Shown piece after piece: positions 1 to 8,537 of a stretch of DNA of 64,000 bases. The notes beneath the pieces were generated by a model. That model was not told the DNA's origin and did not search any database. It saw nothing but the letters and a program-made list of their open reading frames with translations. The position numbers and the translations under genes were made by a program. Position 1 is the first letter of the stretch, and each line of letters opens with the position of its first letter. Source of the DNA: an uncultured virus (IMG/VR IMGVR_UViG_3300049172_000101) (taxonomy: Duplodnaviria > Heunggongvirae > Uroviricota > Caudoviricetes); IMG/VR virus record IMGVR_UViG_3300049172_000101. One strand, 5' to 3'.

Positions 1-27
1 CGCCACCCGCGGCGGATCGGGGGGGGG

Positions 28-186
28 CTAGCGGGGCCGCTGCTGCGACTGCTTGTTGGCCTCGCGGACCTTCTCGGAGAGCTTCTTGTGACCCTCCTCG
101 TCGAGCCAGCAGATGAAGCCCTGCGGGTGGGGGCGCGGCGGCCGGATCGGCAGCGGCTCCTTCGCGCGCTCGTGTTCGACGCTCAC
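28..186 (-). CDS. Small hypothetical protein
   Basis: GTG start overlaps the stop of the upstream ORF (GTGA); last of a coupled chain of short ORFs. Confidence 0.45.
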   Translation of the reverse strand: MSVEHERAKEPLPIRPPRPHPQGFICWLDEEGHKKLSEKVREANKQSQQRPR

Positions 187-422
187 GACACCTCCCGCAC
201 CGCGTGCAGGTGACGGACACGGGCCCGCGGCTCGGGCGCCGCAGTGGCCGGGGTGAACCAGTGGCCCATCCGGCGCTGCGTTACCGGGTCGGTGAACGAC
301 ACCAGCACTGCCGGCGACTCGCCGTCCCACGCGGGCAGTTCGTCCACGATCCTCTGCATCGCCGTCTGCAGCAGCTGCAGCCGCTCCCGCTCGTTGAGCT
401 TCGGGGCGTCCACGGTCACCAC
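183..422 (-). CDS. Hypothetical protein
   Basis: 79-aa ORF in a translationally coupled operon. Confidence 0.55.
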   Translation of the reverse strand: MVTVDAPKLNERERLQLLQTAMQRIVDELPAWDGESPAVLVSFTDPVTQRRMGHWFTPATAAPEPRARVRHLHAVREVS

Positions 423-534
423 CCCCGCACCTTCAGCGCGCGGCGGCGGGCGACGGGCTCGCGGGGCAGCGGCGGCAGGTCCGGCGTGGGCTCCGGCCGG
501 GGGCCACGCGTCGGCAGCTTCTCGTCGGCGGCGG

Positions 535-816
535 TCACGACGCCAACCCGATCAGGTCGAGGCGGCCGGCCTTGGCGAGGACGGTACGGGCGGCGGCCAT
601 GATGTCCTCGGCAGCGGCCAGCGAATCGGCGTCCAGGTCCGTGAGCTTGCCAGCCTCGGCGAGCGCCGCGAACTGCACCGCGTGCAACGCCGCCGTCTCG
701 TACTGGGCGACCGCACGAATCAGCGGGAACTCGGACTGCAAGCGGGCCAGCGCCTCGACGGCGGCCGGCGTGAGCGGGGCGGTGCGGGTGGGGGTCTCGA
801 CGGTGGTGGACATCAC
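535..816 (-). CDS. Hypothetical Ala-rich helical protein
   Basis: Start overlaps the stop of 813..1013; AAGGAGG RBS upstream. Confidence 0.7.
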   Translation of the reverse strand: MMSTTVETPTRTAPLTPAAVEALARLQSEFPLIRAVAQYETAALHAVQFAALAEAGKLTDLDADSLAAAEDIMAAARTVLAKAGRLDLIGLAS

Positions 817-1013
817 GCCGCCTCCTTGGGGGCTTCGATGGGATCCGTCGAATTCAGGACGGACTCGGGGATGCGGAGGGCGCCAGTGGCGCCGTCTCCG
901 GGCTTGTAGGGCTGGCCGTTCCTGTAGGCCGGGAGAAAGCCCTGGTGGATCCAGCGGTAGACAGTCGCGGGGTGCACTCGGAAGTGCATCGCGACGTCCC
1001 GAACTCGCAGCAT
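813..1013 (-). CDS. Excisionase-like (MerR-type/HTH_17) DNA-binding protein
   Basis: MLRVRDVAMHFRVHPATVYRWIHQGFLPA...LRIP signature; GGAGG RBS; TTGCTA-18 nt-TAACGT promoter-like sequence upstream. Confidence 0.85.
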   Translation of the reverse strand: MLRVRDVAMHFRVHPATVYRWIHQGFLPAYRNGQPYKPGDGATGALRIPESVLNSTDPIEAPKEAA

Positions 1014-1187
1014 TGCGCCTCCGATCGAGTGCTTCGCATCTGTCAGCAGACGTTAATAGCTTACGTATCTAGGTAGCAAGCTCTGCGGCATGGATCTGGC
1101 CAGACATGACCCGATAGGCGTAAGCATCAAGGGATTAAGGTGGGGAGGTCAGCAGCCACACAGGCAGCAGGAGAGGAGGCGCCAGAG

Positions 1188-1718
1188 ATGGCCGATAAGC
1201 AGCGACAGTCCGACTCGCTTGCCTACGTCACACCACAGGGAAGCGGACAAGCCGACGCCTGGAGCAGGGAAGCCGGCAAGCGAGGAGGACAACAACTCAC
1301 CGAGGTTGCCGAGGTCGTCCCGCCCAGTGCCGTAGCCGAGGCGCTGCACCTCTCCCCCGGCGAACCGGCAGTCGTCCGGCGCCGCGCCATCTCGTTCGAC
1401 GGGGACGTGATCGAACTCGCCGATTCGTACTACCCGACTGCCATCGCCCGCGGCACAGCCCTCGCCGAGAAGCGCAAGATCAAGGGCGGCGCCCCGACAC
1501 TGCTGGCAGAACTCGGCTACCAGGCCCGCCACGTCAACGAAGATTTGGAGTTCCGGGCCGCCACCAAGGCCGAACTCGATGCGCTGGCCCTGCCCGAGGG
1601 AGCCAGCATCCTCAACCTGCTACGCACCACATCCACCGAAGACGGGAGCCCTTTCGAAGTGCAGCTCATGGTCATGAAGGCGCCTCGCCGCCTCCACTAC
1701 AAGATCGAGGTCGACTGA
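1188..1718 (+). CDS. UTRA-domain protein (GntR/HutC ligand-binding domain without HTH)
   Basis: AVVRRR...IELADSYYP...IKGGAPTLLAELG...RAATKAE pattern; paralogous to the C-terminal part of 1720..2484; GAGGAGG RBS. Confidence 0.85.
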   Translation: MADKQRQSDSLAYVTPQGSGQADAWSREAGKRGGQQLTEVAEVVPPSAVAEALHLSPGEPAVVRRRAISFDGDVIELADSYYPTAIARGTALAEKRKIKGGAPTLLAELGYQARHVNEDLEFRAATKAELDALALPEGASILNLLRTTSTEDGSPFEVQLMVMKAPRRLHYKIEVD

Positions 1719-1719
1719 C

Positions 1720-2484
1720 ATGCCTGAACCGCACGAGGACAAGCGCCCCAAGGCTGAACGGATCGCCGCCGAGATCAGAAAGCTGATCATGTCCGGTGAC
1801 TGGGCGCCCGGCGCGCAGGTCCCTACGAACAGCCAGCTTCAGGATCAGTTCAACACCACGAACGTCACCGTCCAGCGCGCCCTGCAAATCCTCAAAGACG
1901 AGAAGTTCCTTGAGGGGCAGGTCGGCGTCGGCGTTTTCGTGCGTGGCGATCGCGCGCAGACGATCCAGCCAGCCCACTACATCGAACCTTCCGAGCCGGG
2001 CCGGCCGTACCGGTGGCTGTCGGAGGCTACGAAACGAGGGCAGCGCAGCAAGTACAAGATGATCGCGGTCGGGGAAGTCGTTCCACCCGTAGAGGTCGCC
2101 CGCGCTCTCCGTCTCGAAGAAGGCGACACCGCGATGCTCCGGTCCCGCATCGGTTTTCTCGACGATCAGCCGGCCGAACTCGTGCACTCTTACTACCCGG
2201 TCGAGTTGGCACGCGGCACGCGGCTGGCGGACCGTCGGCTCATCCCAGGCGGATCGCCTGCCCTGCTGGAGGAGATGGGCTACCCGACTCGCTCCCAAGA
2301 TGACGCGGTGGGAGCGCGACCTGCTACGACGGAGGAGTACGAGGCGCTTGAGATCCCCCGCGACGTGCCGGTGCTCGAGGTCTTCCGCATCGTCTATAGC
2401 AACGGCGATGAGCCGATCGAGGTCACGCTGCTGACGAAGCCAGCCCACCGGTTCAAAATGGGTTACCACATCGAAGTGCCCTGA
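1720..2484 (+). CDS. GntR/HutC-family regulator (KorSA-like), wHTH plus UTRA
   Basis: N-terminal IAAEIRKLIMSGDWAPGAQVP...TVQRALQILKDE...GVGVFV wHTH followed by a UTRA domain. Confidence 0.92.
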   Translation: MPEPHEDKRPKAERIAAEIRKLIMSGDWAPGAQVPTNSQLQDQFNTTNVTVQRALQILKDEKFLEGQVGVGVFVRGDRAQTIQPAHYIEPSEPGRPYRWLSEATKRGQRSKYKMIAVGEVVPPVEVARALRLEEGDTAMLRSRIGFLDDQPAELVHSYYPVELARGTRLADRRLIPGGSPALLEEMGYPTRSQDDAVGARPATTEEYEALEIPRDVPVLEVFRIVYSNGDEPIEVTLLTKPAHRFKMGYHIEVP

Positions 2485-2500
2485 CGCCCCGCCAGCCTGC

Positions 2501-2528
2501 GCCCCCGACCTGCCGGTCGGGGGCTTCT
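2501..2528 (+). terminator. Hairpin terminator after gntR
   Basis: GCCCCCGACC-TGCC-GGTCGGGGGC perfect 10-bp stem. Confidence 0.75.
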
Positions 2529-2622
2529 GCGTTCCCGACCCAACGGCTTGATACAAAGACGCTTAAGCCTTACGGTCGACTACGTGAGGGTGGCTCACGC
2601 CACACACTCAGTTAGGAGCGGC

Positions 2623-3135
2623 ATGCCTGAGACCGCCGAGCGCACCGCGCTCTACCGCCTGTACACGACGAACCGCAAGGACGGCCTTCCCGCCTTCCTC
2701 GCCGAGCTCTACCCGTACCGCATCGCCTCCTGGCACTACATGGGTACGGCCGGAAGCTGCCAGAACGGCGGACCCGGCATCTACTACAGCCCATACGACT
2801 GGGACTCCGACAACTGCGTTGGCTTGCAGCTCGAAGTCGAGTGGGGGCGGCCCAGGATTCCGAGAAAGCCGCTGAAGCAGGTCTCCGTCGATACGCCGAC
2901 CGCTCTGTACCGCCTTCGCGACAAGGGCGGCACCCTGCTCTATGTCGGTATCAGCAGCGATCCTCTGCGTCGCTGGCCCGAGCACGCATCTGACAAGCCG
3001 TGGTGGTCGGACGTCTCCGATCTGTCGCTGGAGTGGTTCGAGGACCGTCCTGCCGCGCTCGCGGCTGAGGCTCGCGCCATCCGGACGGAGAAGCCGCTGC
3101 ACAACGTCGTTCACAACGGAGAAGCTGCAGCCTGA
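2623..3135 (+). CDS. GIY-YIG nuclease-domain protein
   Basis: ALYRL...LLYVGISSDPLRRWPEH...KPWW...AEARAIRTEKPLHN; AGGAG RBS; TTGATA-17 nt-TACGGT promoter-like sequence. Confidence 0.8.
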   Translation: MPETAERTALYRLYTTNRKDGLPAFLAELYPYRIASWHYMGTAGSCQNGGPGIYYSPYDWDSDNCVGLQLEVEWGRPRIPRKPLKQVSVDTPTALYRLRDKGGTLLYVGISSDPLRRWPEHASDKPWWSDVSDLSLEWFEDRPAALAAEARAIRTEKPLHNVVHNGEAAA

Positions 3136-3717
3136 GGCTTCGCCTGTCCTCACTACGGTCGGTGTGCGCCGGCTGTCCTGTCCGTTTCGTGTTTGATTTG
3201 CGGCCTATCGTTCGCTTGCATGGGTGATCGACCGGGCGAGCGAACGACTGGACGTGCGATGTCCGGTTGGAGCGTCATCCGCTTCCGCCTGTCGCTGCAG
3301 GTGGGCAGGGCGACTGTGCGAATTGCAGCCCCCACCGACGCGGGTTGGCGGTTTCGGTCTACGGTCCTACGTGGCGGTCGGCTGAGGCTGCCGACTGGGG
3401 AGAGCATGCCCGTTTCAGCCATTCGAGGATCACCACATCGGGAGGTGTACAGGGTGGGGCGAAGTAGACATCGCGAAAAATCCACGCAGGTCGCCTCGGC
3501 TGACATGCCCACGAAAGTGAGAATATGTCACTCCACCGCAGGTCAGAGCGCTACTGAATCCGTCCGCCGCTCTTACGGAAGTCGTCGCGGACTGTCGTAA
3601 GTTCTGCTCGCTCCTCCGGGAATGCGAACGGCCGGGTGGTCGCCACCACCCGGCCGAAGTAACCGCGAGTCGCCACTCGCGATCAGCCAACCTGTCTCGT
3701 CCAAGAGAAGAGGTCTC

Positions 3718-4161
3718 GTGAACACTGTAGCTTCTGGGTGCAAGGTTGCACCTGCCGTCGTCTCCTCTGTCCCGCGTCTGGTGCCGGCGTCGATCGGCCG
3801 TCCGGGTCGCGTTCAGACGGTCCACGTGCCGTGCCCCAGCTGGTGCCACGTCGATCACGTCGAGAACCGTGAGGTCGCCGTGGAGGACATCACGCACTAC
3901 GGTCCGGGCGGTGGTGTGCAGGTGCCGGACATGAGCGACGACTCGACGGCCGTCCTGGAGTGGTACGTGAACATCATCGCGGATCCGGCGGCGTCGGACC
4001 CGCGGTTGCGGGCCGCGCATCTGGTCGTCGCGGACGGTGCCAGCGCGAATGACGCGCACTTGTCGGAGGTGCAGGCGGAGGAGTTGGCGGGCGCCCTGGA
4101 GCGTCTGGCGTCGGACATCCGGCGGGCGTTGGCTGTGTGTCGGGCAACCAACGTCGCGTAG
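3718..4161 (+). CDS. Conserved actinobacterial hypothetical protein (CPSWC...H motif; DUF6907-like)
   Basis: PCPSWCHVDH...H motif and C-terminal LSEVQAEELAGALE helix; followed by a hairpin at about 4181-4210. Confidence 0.65.
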   Translation: MNTVASGCKVAPAVVSSVPRLVPASIGRPGRVQTVHVPCPSWCHVDHVENREVAVEDITHYGPGGGVQVPDMSDDSTAVLEWYVNIIADPAASDPRLRAAHLVVADGASANDAHLSEVQAEELAGALERLASDIRRALAVCRATNVA

Positions 4162-4302
4162 CTGTAGCCCCACCCGCCTCGCCCCCGTGTCGACAAGCCG
4201 ACACGGGGGCTTCGCGCGCCGGTTTCGCGCCCTTGTGGCTGTACCGGGCGCCCCGGACCGTTGTGCGCAGGTGTTGTTTCGCGTCGACGACAGGGGGCTT
4301 TC

Positions 4303-4548
4303 GTGCGGCGAGGGTTGAACGATGCGCTGGGCTGGTTGCTGCTGCGGGTAGCGGTGGTACTGCACCGGACGGCGGCCAGCAGGGAGGCGACGAGACGGCT
4401 CCGGCAGCGGCGGAACGAGGCGTTGCGACGGGCGCATCGACGGGGCGTTCCGGTCGAAGTCCTCGCGGCCCGGCTGGGGCTGACGCACTCCTGGGTGCGG
4501 TATGTGATCCGGGATCCGAAGCGGGCGGCCGTCGAGGAGGCCGCGTAG
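4303..4548 (+). CDS. Small HTH-like protein
   Basis: RNEALRRAHRRGVPVEVLAARLGLTHSWVRYVI resembles a helix-turn-helix. Confidence 0.55.
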   Translation: MRRGLNDALGWLLLRVAVVLHRTAASREATRRLRQRRNEALRRAHRRGVPVEVLAARLGLTHSWVRYVIRDPKRAAVEEAA

Positions 4549-4560
4549 ATGGGCACGCGA

Positions 4561-4591
4561 GAAGCCCCCGCCCATCCTGGGCGGGGGCTTC
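4561..4591. terminator. Bidirectional terminator between convergent genes
   Basis: GAAGCCCCCGCCCA-TCC-TGGGCGGGGGCTTC. Confidence 0.75.
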
Positions 4592-4599
4592 TCGCACGG

Positions 4600-4998
4600 T
4601 CAGAGCAGGCCGCGGCGCTTGAGGTCGCCGATCGCGGCGTCGCGGATGGCTCTGATCTGTGGTGCGGACAGGTCGCTGTGGGCGGCGATGCCTGCGAGGA
4701 GGGCTTGGCTGATGTCCTCTTCGGTGATCGACCTGGTTGATGCAGCGTTCTCGTCGTTGATCGCGGCACCAGCGCCTTCGAGGATGCTGACGCAGGTGCC
4801 GGGCGGCCAGCCGAGGACCTTGTCGAGCGCTATGTAGGTGCTGTCTCGGGCCGCTCGGCCGTCTTCGACCTTCATGAACGCGTCTTTCGACATGCCAGCC
4901 TTTACGGCCAGGTCGTAGACGGTTAGACCGAGTTCCGACCGGCGTATGCGAACGCGGCGGGCGAGCTGCGAGTAGTTGCGGGTTCCGTCGGCAGTCAC
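4600..4998 (-). CDS. XRE-family HTH regulator
   Basis: LARRVRIRRSELGLTVYDLAVKAGMSKDAFMKVEDG...LDKVLGWPPG. Confidence 0.85.
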   Translation of the reverse strand: MTADGTRNYSQLARRVRIRRSELGLTVYDLAVKAGMSKDAFMKVEDGRAARDSTYIALDKVLGWPPGTCVSILEGAGAAINDENAASTRSITEEDISQALLAGIAAHSDLSAPQIRAIRDAAIGDLKRRGLL

Positions 4999-5109
4999 GG
5001 TGGCGAGTATGCCGATTCCGGCTAGTCAGTAGCAGCGGTTAGTCGGAATCCGACGCGTTTCCTACGCCGCTCGCCGTTCCGCGATCGGCAGCCGACGGCA
5101 TCGCGCTGT

Positions 5110-5994
5110 CTACCGGCGCCAGACGTTGACCTTCTCTGTGGACAGCAGCGGCGCGCCTTCCGGGCCCTTCACGTAGGAGGGCACCCACGTCTGGCGGCGC
5201 AGTGACCTCTCTGGGCCGTAAGCCTGGTTCCGCCAGTGCCCGGAGACGATCCACCTGTGCCGATACCGCCGGCCATCAGATCCGGCGTCGGACTCCTTGG
5301 CGGACGGCCTGTACTGGCGGCGCAGCGCGACCAGTGTGACGCCGTCGTCCGGCAGGCCGGCCCGGCGCAGCGACCGGGCGTCCGTCCGCCCGGGCTCCAC
5401 AGTGGTCCGGTCGATGAGCTGCGGCTGCTGCACGAGGTGCCACATCGCTGCGAGCGCTGCGACGATCGGCCTGGAGGGGCGCATGCCCTCATGTGCGGGC
5501 AGGTCGTCCAGCGAGACGGGCTCGTCCGTCACCGGCAGCCTGACCTCACGCACCGCCAGCAGCGGCGGCACACGACTGACGTCCGCGCCGGGCAGCTGCG
5601 CCAGGAGTTCAGGCCCGTTCAACAGATGCCACACGATCAGCGTGGAATCGGGCCCGGGTCCCCAGGCGAGAGCCTGTACGGGGGCGTGGATGCCGGGGGC
5701 GACGTCGACCATTCCGAGGCCGCCGTCGAACACGGCGAGCCCGATCGGGGACGGGCGGTCGACGGTCGCCCACCGTGCCGCGGCGAGGCTCTGCCCGGCG
5801 TGCATGGCGAGCGCGGTCATGTCGTCGCTGATCCAGTACAGGTCGGCTGCCCGCAGGTGGCTGACCATGCGGTCCAAAACCTGGTCATCACTGGGTAGCA
5901 GGATCGGATCACGGGCGTGGCCCAGACCGAGGCCGGTGATCCGGCGAATGGTCTGGGCTCGCGCCTTGGGGAGACTGCGAGGGCGCAGGGTCAT
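5110..5994 (-). CDS. Conserved phage hypothetical protein
   Basis: C-terminal HRWIVSGHWRNQAYGP...WVPSYVKGP motif familiar from phage proteins; start coupled to the upstream stop. Confidence 0.7.
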   Translation of the reverse strand: MTLRPRSLPKARAQTIRRITGLGLGHARDPILLPSDDQVLDRMVSHLRAADLYWISDDMTALAMHAGQSLAAARWATVDRPSPIGLAVFDGGLGMVDVAPGIHAPVQALAWGPGPDSTLIVWHLLNGPELLAQLPGADVSRVPPLLAVREVRLPVTDEPVSLDDLPAHEGMRPSRPIVAALAAMWHLVQQPQLIDRTTVEPGRTDARSLRRAGLPDDGVTLVALRRQYRPSAKESDAGSDGRRYRHRWIVSGHWRNQAYGPERSLRRQTWVPSYVKGPEGAPLLSTEKVNVWRR

Positions 5995-6302
5995 CAGGTA
6001 CCTGCCGGAGCTGTGCGGCGCACGCCGCGGAAACGGTTGACGAACTTGCCAAGACGGCGCCTGGTTCCATTGCTTCCGCCCCCGTCCCACCACCGCCAGG
6101 CCAGGTAGCCGGCAGCGGCACCCGAAATGCTGGCGGCGATCGTGTTCCCGGTGACGAAGCCGCCGATACAGACGGCGATCTGGCTGAGGGCGAGCAGGCC
6201 GTAGGTCGTCGTAACTGAGATCCATCCGATCATCCGGGCTGCTAAGGCCAGCATCACGATGCTCATTCCAGCTACGAAGAGGGGGAGGAAGTCGGAGTTC
6301 AC
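5994..6302 (-). CDS. Small membrane protein
   Basis: Three hydrophobic segments and a basic tail. Confidence 0.65.
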   Translation of the reverse strand: MNSDFLPLFVAGMSIVMLALAARMIGWISVTTTYGLLALSQIAVCIGGFVTGNTIAASISGAAAGYLAWRWWDGGGSNGTRRRLGKFVNRFRGVRRTAPAGT

Positions 6303-7327
6303 GCGACGGCCCCTTCGACCTCGTCGTCGGCGTAGTTGATGCGGGCGCCGGTCTGGGCGGCGGCGCGGGCGCAGGCTCGCCGGTGCCAGGACGCCGACCA
6401 GCCGTGCAAGCCTTCCGACCAGCTGGTGCCGCTCACCGCGGCCTCGTACTCCTTGTCGTTGCGGTAGGTGATCAGCGTGTTGTCGTCGGAGTCCTCCAGG
6501 CTGGCGATCAGCTTGGCGACGACAGCGTCGGTGGCGGCCTTCAGTTCGGCGATCTCGGGGCGGATACGGCCGGGGATCGGGTCGCGTCCCTGTTCCCAGG
6601 ACACCAGCGTGCGCGGGTTCACGCTGAGCTTCTGCGCCATCTTGTCGCCGGTCAGGCCCAGGGATTCGCGGGCGGTCCGCAACTCGGCCTGTGTCAGCGG
6701 GTCTTCGTTCGCCAGTTCGTCGCGCAGTTCCTTCAGGTAGTCGTCCAGGCCGTGGCAGACGGCGACCTTGCTGCCGTTGCAGGCTGCCAGGTCCGCGAGG
6801 ATTTCCTGCTCGATCTCCTCCAGTCGGGCGTCAGTAGTGTCGGCGGTGATGCCGTACTCGTCGGCCTCCTGGCCGTTGGTGGCACCGTTGATGTCCCACT
6901 CGGTCACGATGTCGATCCTGTCGAAGCCCTGCGTGGCCTCGTCGAGATCGCCGTAGCCCAGGTTGAGGCCCAGGTGCTCCCGGATTTCCTCCTCGGCGGC
7001 CTGCGCGTCCTCACCGAGCACGGCGACCATGTTGTTGCCGTCCCACTCCTCTTCCCAGTCGGCGAGGATCCGGTCGGCGAGCGGGGCGATCTCGTGCAGG
7101 ACCCGGTTCGCGGCCTCAGCGGTGAGGACGGGGATCCTGTAGCGGCGGTCGAAGCCGTGGTGGACGGTGCCGGGCTTCCCGTTGCCGATCTCACTGTCGT
7201 AGTCGGCGTACAGCTTTCCGGCCTTCAAGTCGAGCTCGATGTAGGCGGGCTGCGGCTCGAGTTCGCCGTCGTAGTGGCGGTACAGCTCGGTGGGTTCGGT
7301 GCACTCGATGATGCGGACCTTGGTCAT
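6299..7327 (-). CDS. Acidic protein with C-terminal XRE-type HTH
   Basis: ELRTARESLGLTGDKMAQKLSVNPRTLVSWEQGRDPIP; AAGGA RBS. Confidence 0.8.
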   Translation of the reverse strand: MTKVRIIECTEPTELYRHYDGELEPQPAYIELDLKAGKLYADYDSEIGNGKPGTVHHGFDRRYRIPVLTAEAANRVLHEIAPLADRILADWEEEWDGNNMVAVLGEDAQAAEEEIREHLGLNLGYGDLDEATQGFDRIDIVTEWDINGATNGQEADEYGITADTTDARLEEIEQEILADLAACNGSKVAVCHGLDDYLKELRDELANEDPLTQAELRTARESLGLTGDKMAQKLSVNPRTLVSWEQGRDPIPGRIRPEIAELKAATDAVVAKLIASLEDSDDNTLITYRNDKEYEAAVSGTSWSEGLHGWSASWHRRACARAAAQTGARINYADDEVEGAVA

Positions 7328-7385
7328 GGTGTTGGTTTCCTTTTCGGGGAGGAGGCGCGGCGGTGTGGACGTCAGCGAGGCTGGC

Positions 7386-7649
7386 TCAGCGGTCGCTTTT
7401 TGCGGACTCCTGGAGTCGGGCGAGCTGCTCCTTGAGCCGCTGGATCTCGTCGCCCTGCTCCGCGATGACCCGGTCCTGCGCGGTGATCGTGCGGTTCCGG
7501 TCGGCCACGCGCTCGTTCAGCGCGGCGATCTGGGCGCGCTGCCGTTCGATCTTCGCGTCCTGCTTGGCGATCTGACGCTTCTGTCCGTCGATCTTCGTCA
7601 GCAGGTCTTCCTTGCTGGAGTCCTGAGAGACGCGGAAGGAGGCGGTCAT
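7386..7649 (-). CDS. Coiled-coil protein
   Basis: Heptad pattern (IxxQxxxI repeats); AAAGGGA RBS. Confidence 0.65.
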   Translation of the reverse strand: MTASFRVSQDSSKEDLLTKIDGQKRQIAKQDAKIERQRAQIAALNERVADRNRTITAQDRVIAEQGDEIQRLKEQLARLQESAKSDR

Positions 7650-7687
7650 GGCGGTTCCCTTTCCGGGGTGGCGTGCGGGAGGAGGAG

Positions 7688-8194
7688 TCAGAGGGCGGCG
7701 ATGGCGGCGCGGACGGCGCTGAAGATGCGGTCGGCGATTTCGTCGCGGTCGAGGCTGCGGGGGTTGCCCCAGCCCCACTTGATGTGGACCTTGCCGTCGG
7801 CGGCGTCGAAGTAGACCTTGTCGACGGCGGTGGCGAGCCGGCCGCCCTCGGCGTTGGAGATCTTGTCGCCGTCGAGGGTGGCGTAGCTGATGCTGCCGGA
7901 CTTGTAGTGGTCGAGTTCCAGGCCGGGGATGGTCTCGAAGTCGTTGAGGTAGACGCGGTCGTGGCCGTTCTTCTGCCAGCGGCGGCCGCCGATGGCGGTC
8001 ATCGTCTCGACGGAGTAGACGATCTGGCGGGCGGGGCGCTTCATCTTGCCGATGGCGATGCGGGCGGCGAGGGAGGCGGTGTCGATGATCCAGCGGCCGG
8101 CCTGCTTGATGGCGGCGACGGCTCCGATGCGGCACCAGGTGCGGACGGTGTCGACGCTGACGCCTGCCTGGTCGGCTGCGAGGGTGGTGTTCAT
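7688..8194 (-). CDS. N-terminal HTH (MerR/Xis-like) protein
   Basis: AADQAGVSVDTVRTWCRIGAVAAIKQAGRWII; GGAGAG RBS. Confidence 0.8.
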   Translation of the reverse strand: MNTTLAADQAGVSVDTVRTWCRIGAVAAIKQAGRWIIDTASLAARIAIGKMKRPARQIVYSVETMTAIGGRRWQKNGHDRVYLNDFETIPGLELDHYKSGSISYATLDGDKISNAEGGRLATAVDKVYFDAADGKVHIKWGWGNPRSLDRDEIADRIFSAVRAAIAAL

Positions 8195-8252
8195 GGGGCT
8201 CTCCGAGTCACTTACGGAGCGGGCTGGGGCTGCTCCCCTGCCTCACACCCAT

Positions 8253-8304
8253 GACGCTACACCCGAATTTAGGGTGTGGCAAGGCTGCACCCGAATTTAG
8301 GGTG
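8253..8304 (-). promoter_or_regulatory. Promoter with two identical 17-bp operators
   Basis: CACCCGAATTTAGGGTG at 8260-8276 and 8288-8304; on the minus strand TTGCCA (-35) and TAGCGT (-10) bracket the proximal copy. Confidence 0.8.
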
Positions 8305-8343
8305 CACCGTGGCTTTGGAAGCCGCGCGAGACACCCAAGCCGA

Positions 8344-8377
8344 GCGCCCCCGCCCCTCAGTCGAGGTGCGGGGGCGC
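8344..8377. repeat. Palindromic repeat, copy 1 (terminator-like)
   Basis: GCGCCCCCGCCCCTCAGTCGAGGTGCGGGGGCGC; near-identical to 9532-9566. Confidence 0.8.
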
Positions 8378-8537
8378 CGCGTTGCCAGTTGTCCGCCTCG
8401 TCGGCCGCCAGGTCGATAGATGCCGGCACCACAGATCCTCTCCACCCAAGAGGGCGATCTTGCTGTCTTCCGGCTCGGGTGGGGCTGCAGGGTCAGTAGG
8501 GTGCGGTCGTTGTGTCGTCAACCCTGGGGGGTCATTG

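Noticed and set aside
3629..3666. Antisense partner of the leader box (CCCGGCC...AACC)
   Set aside because: Only a partial match with wrong spacing, and it lies within its own hairpin.
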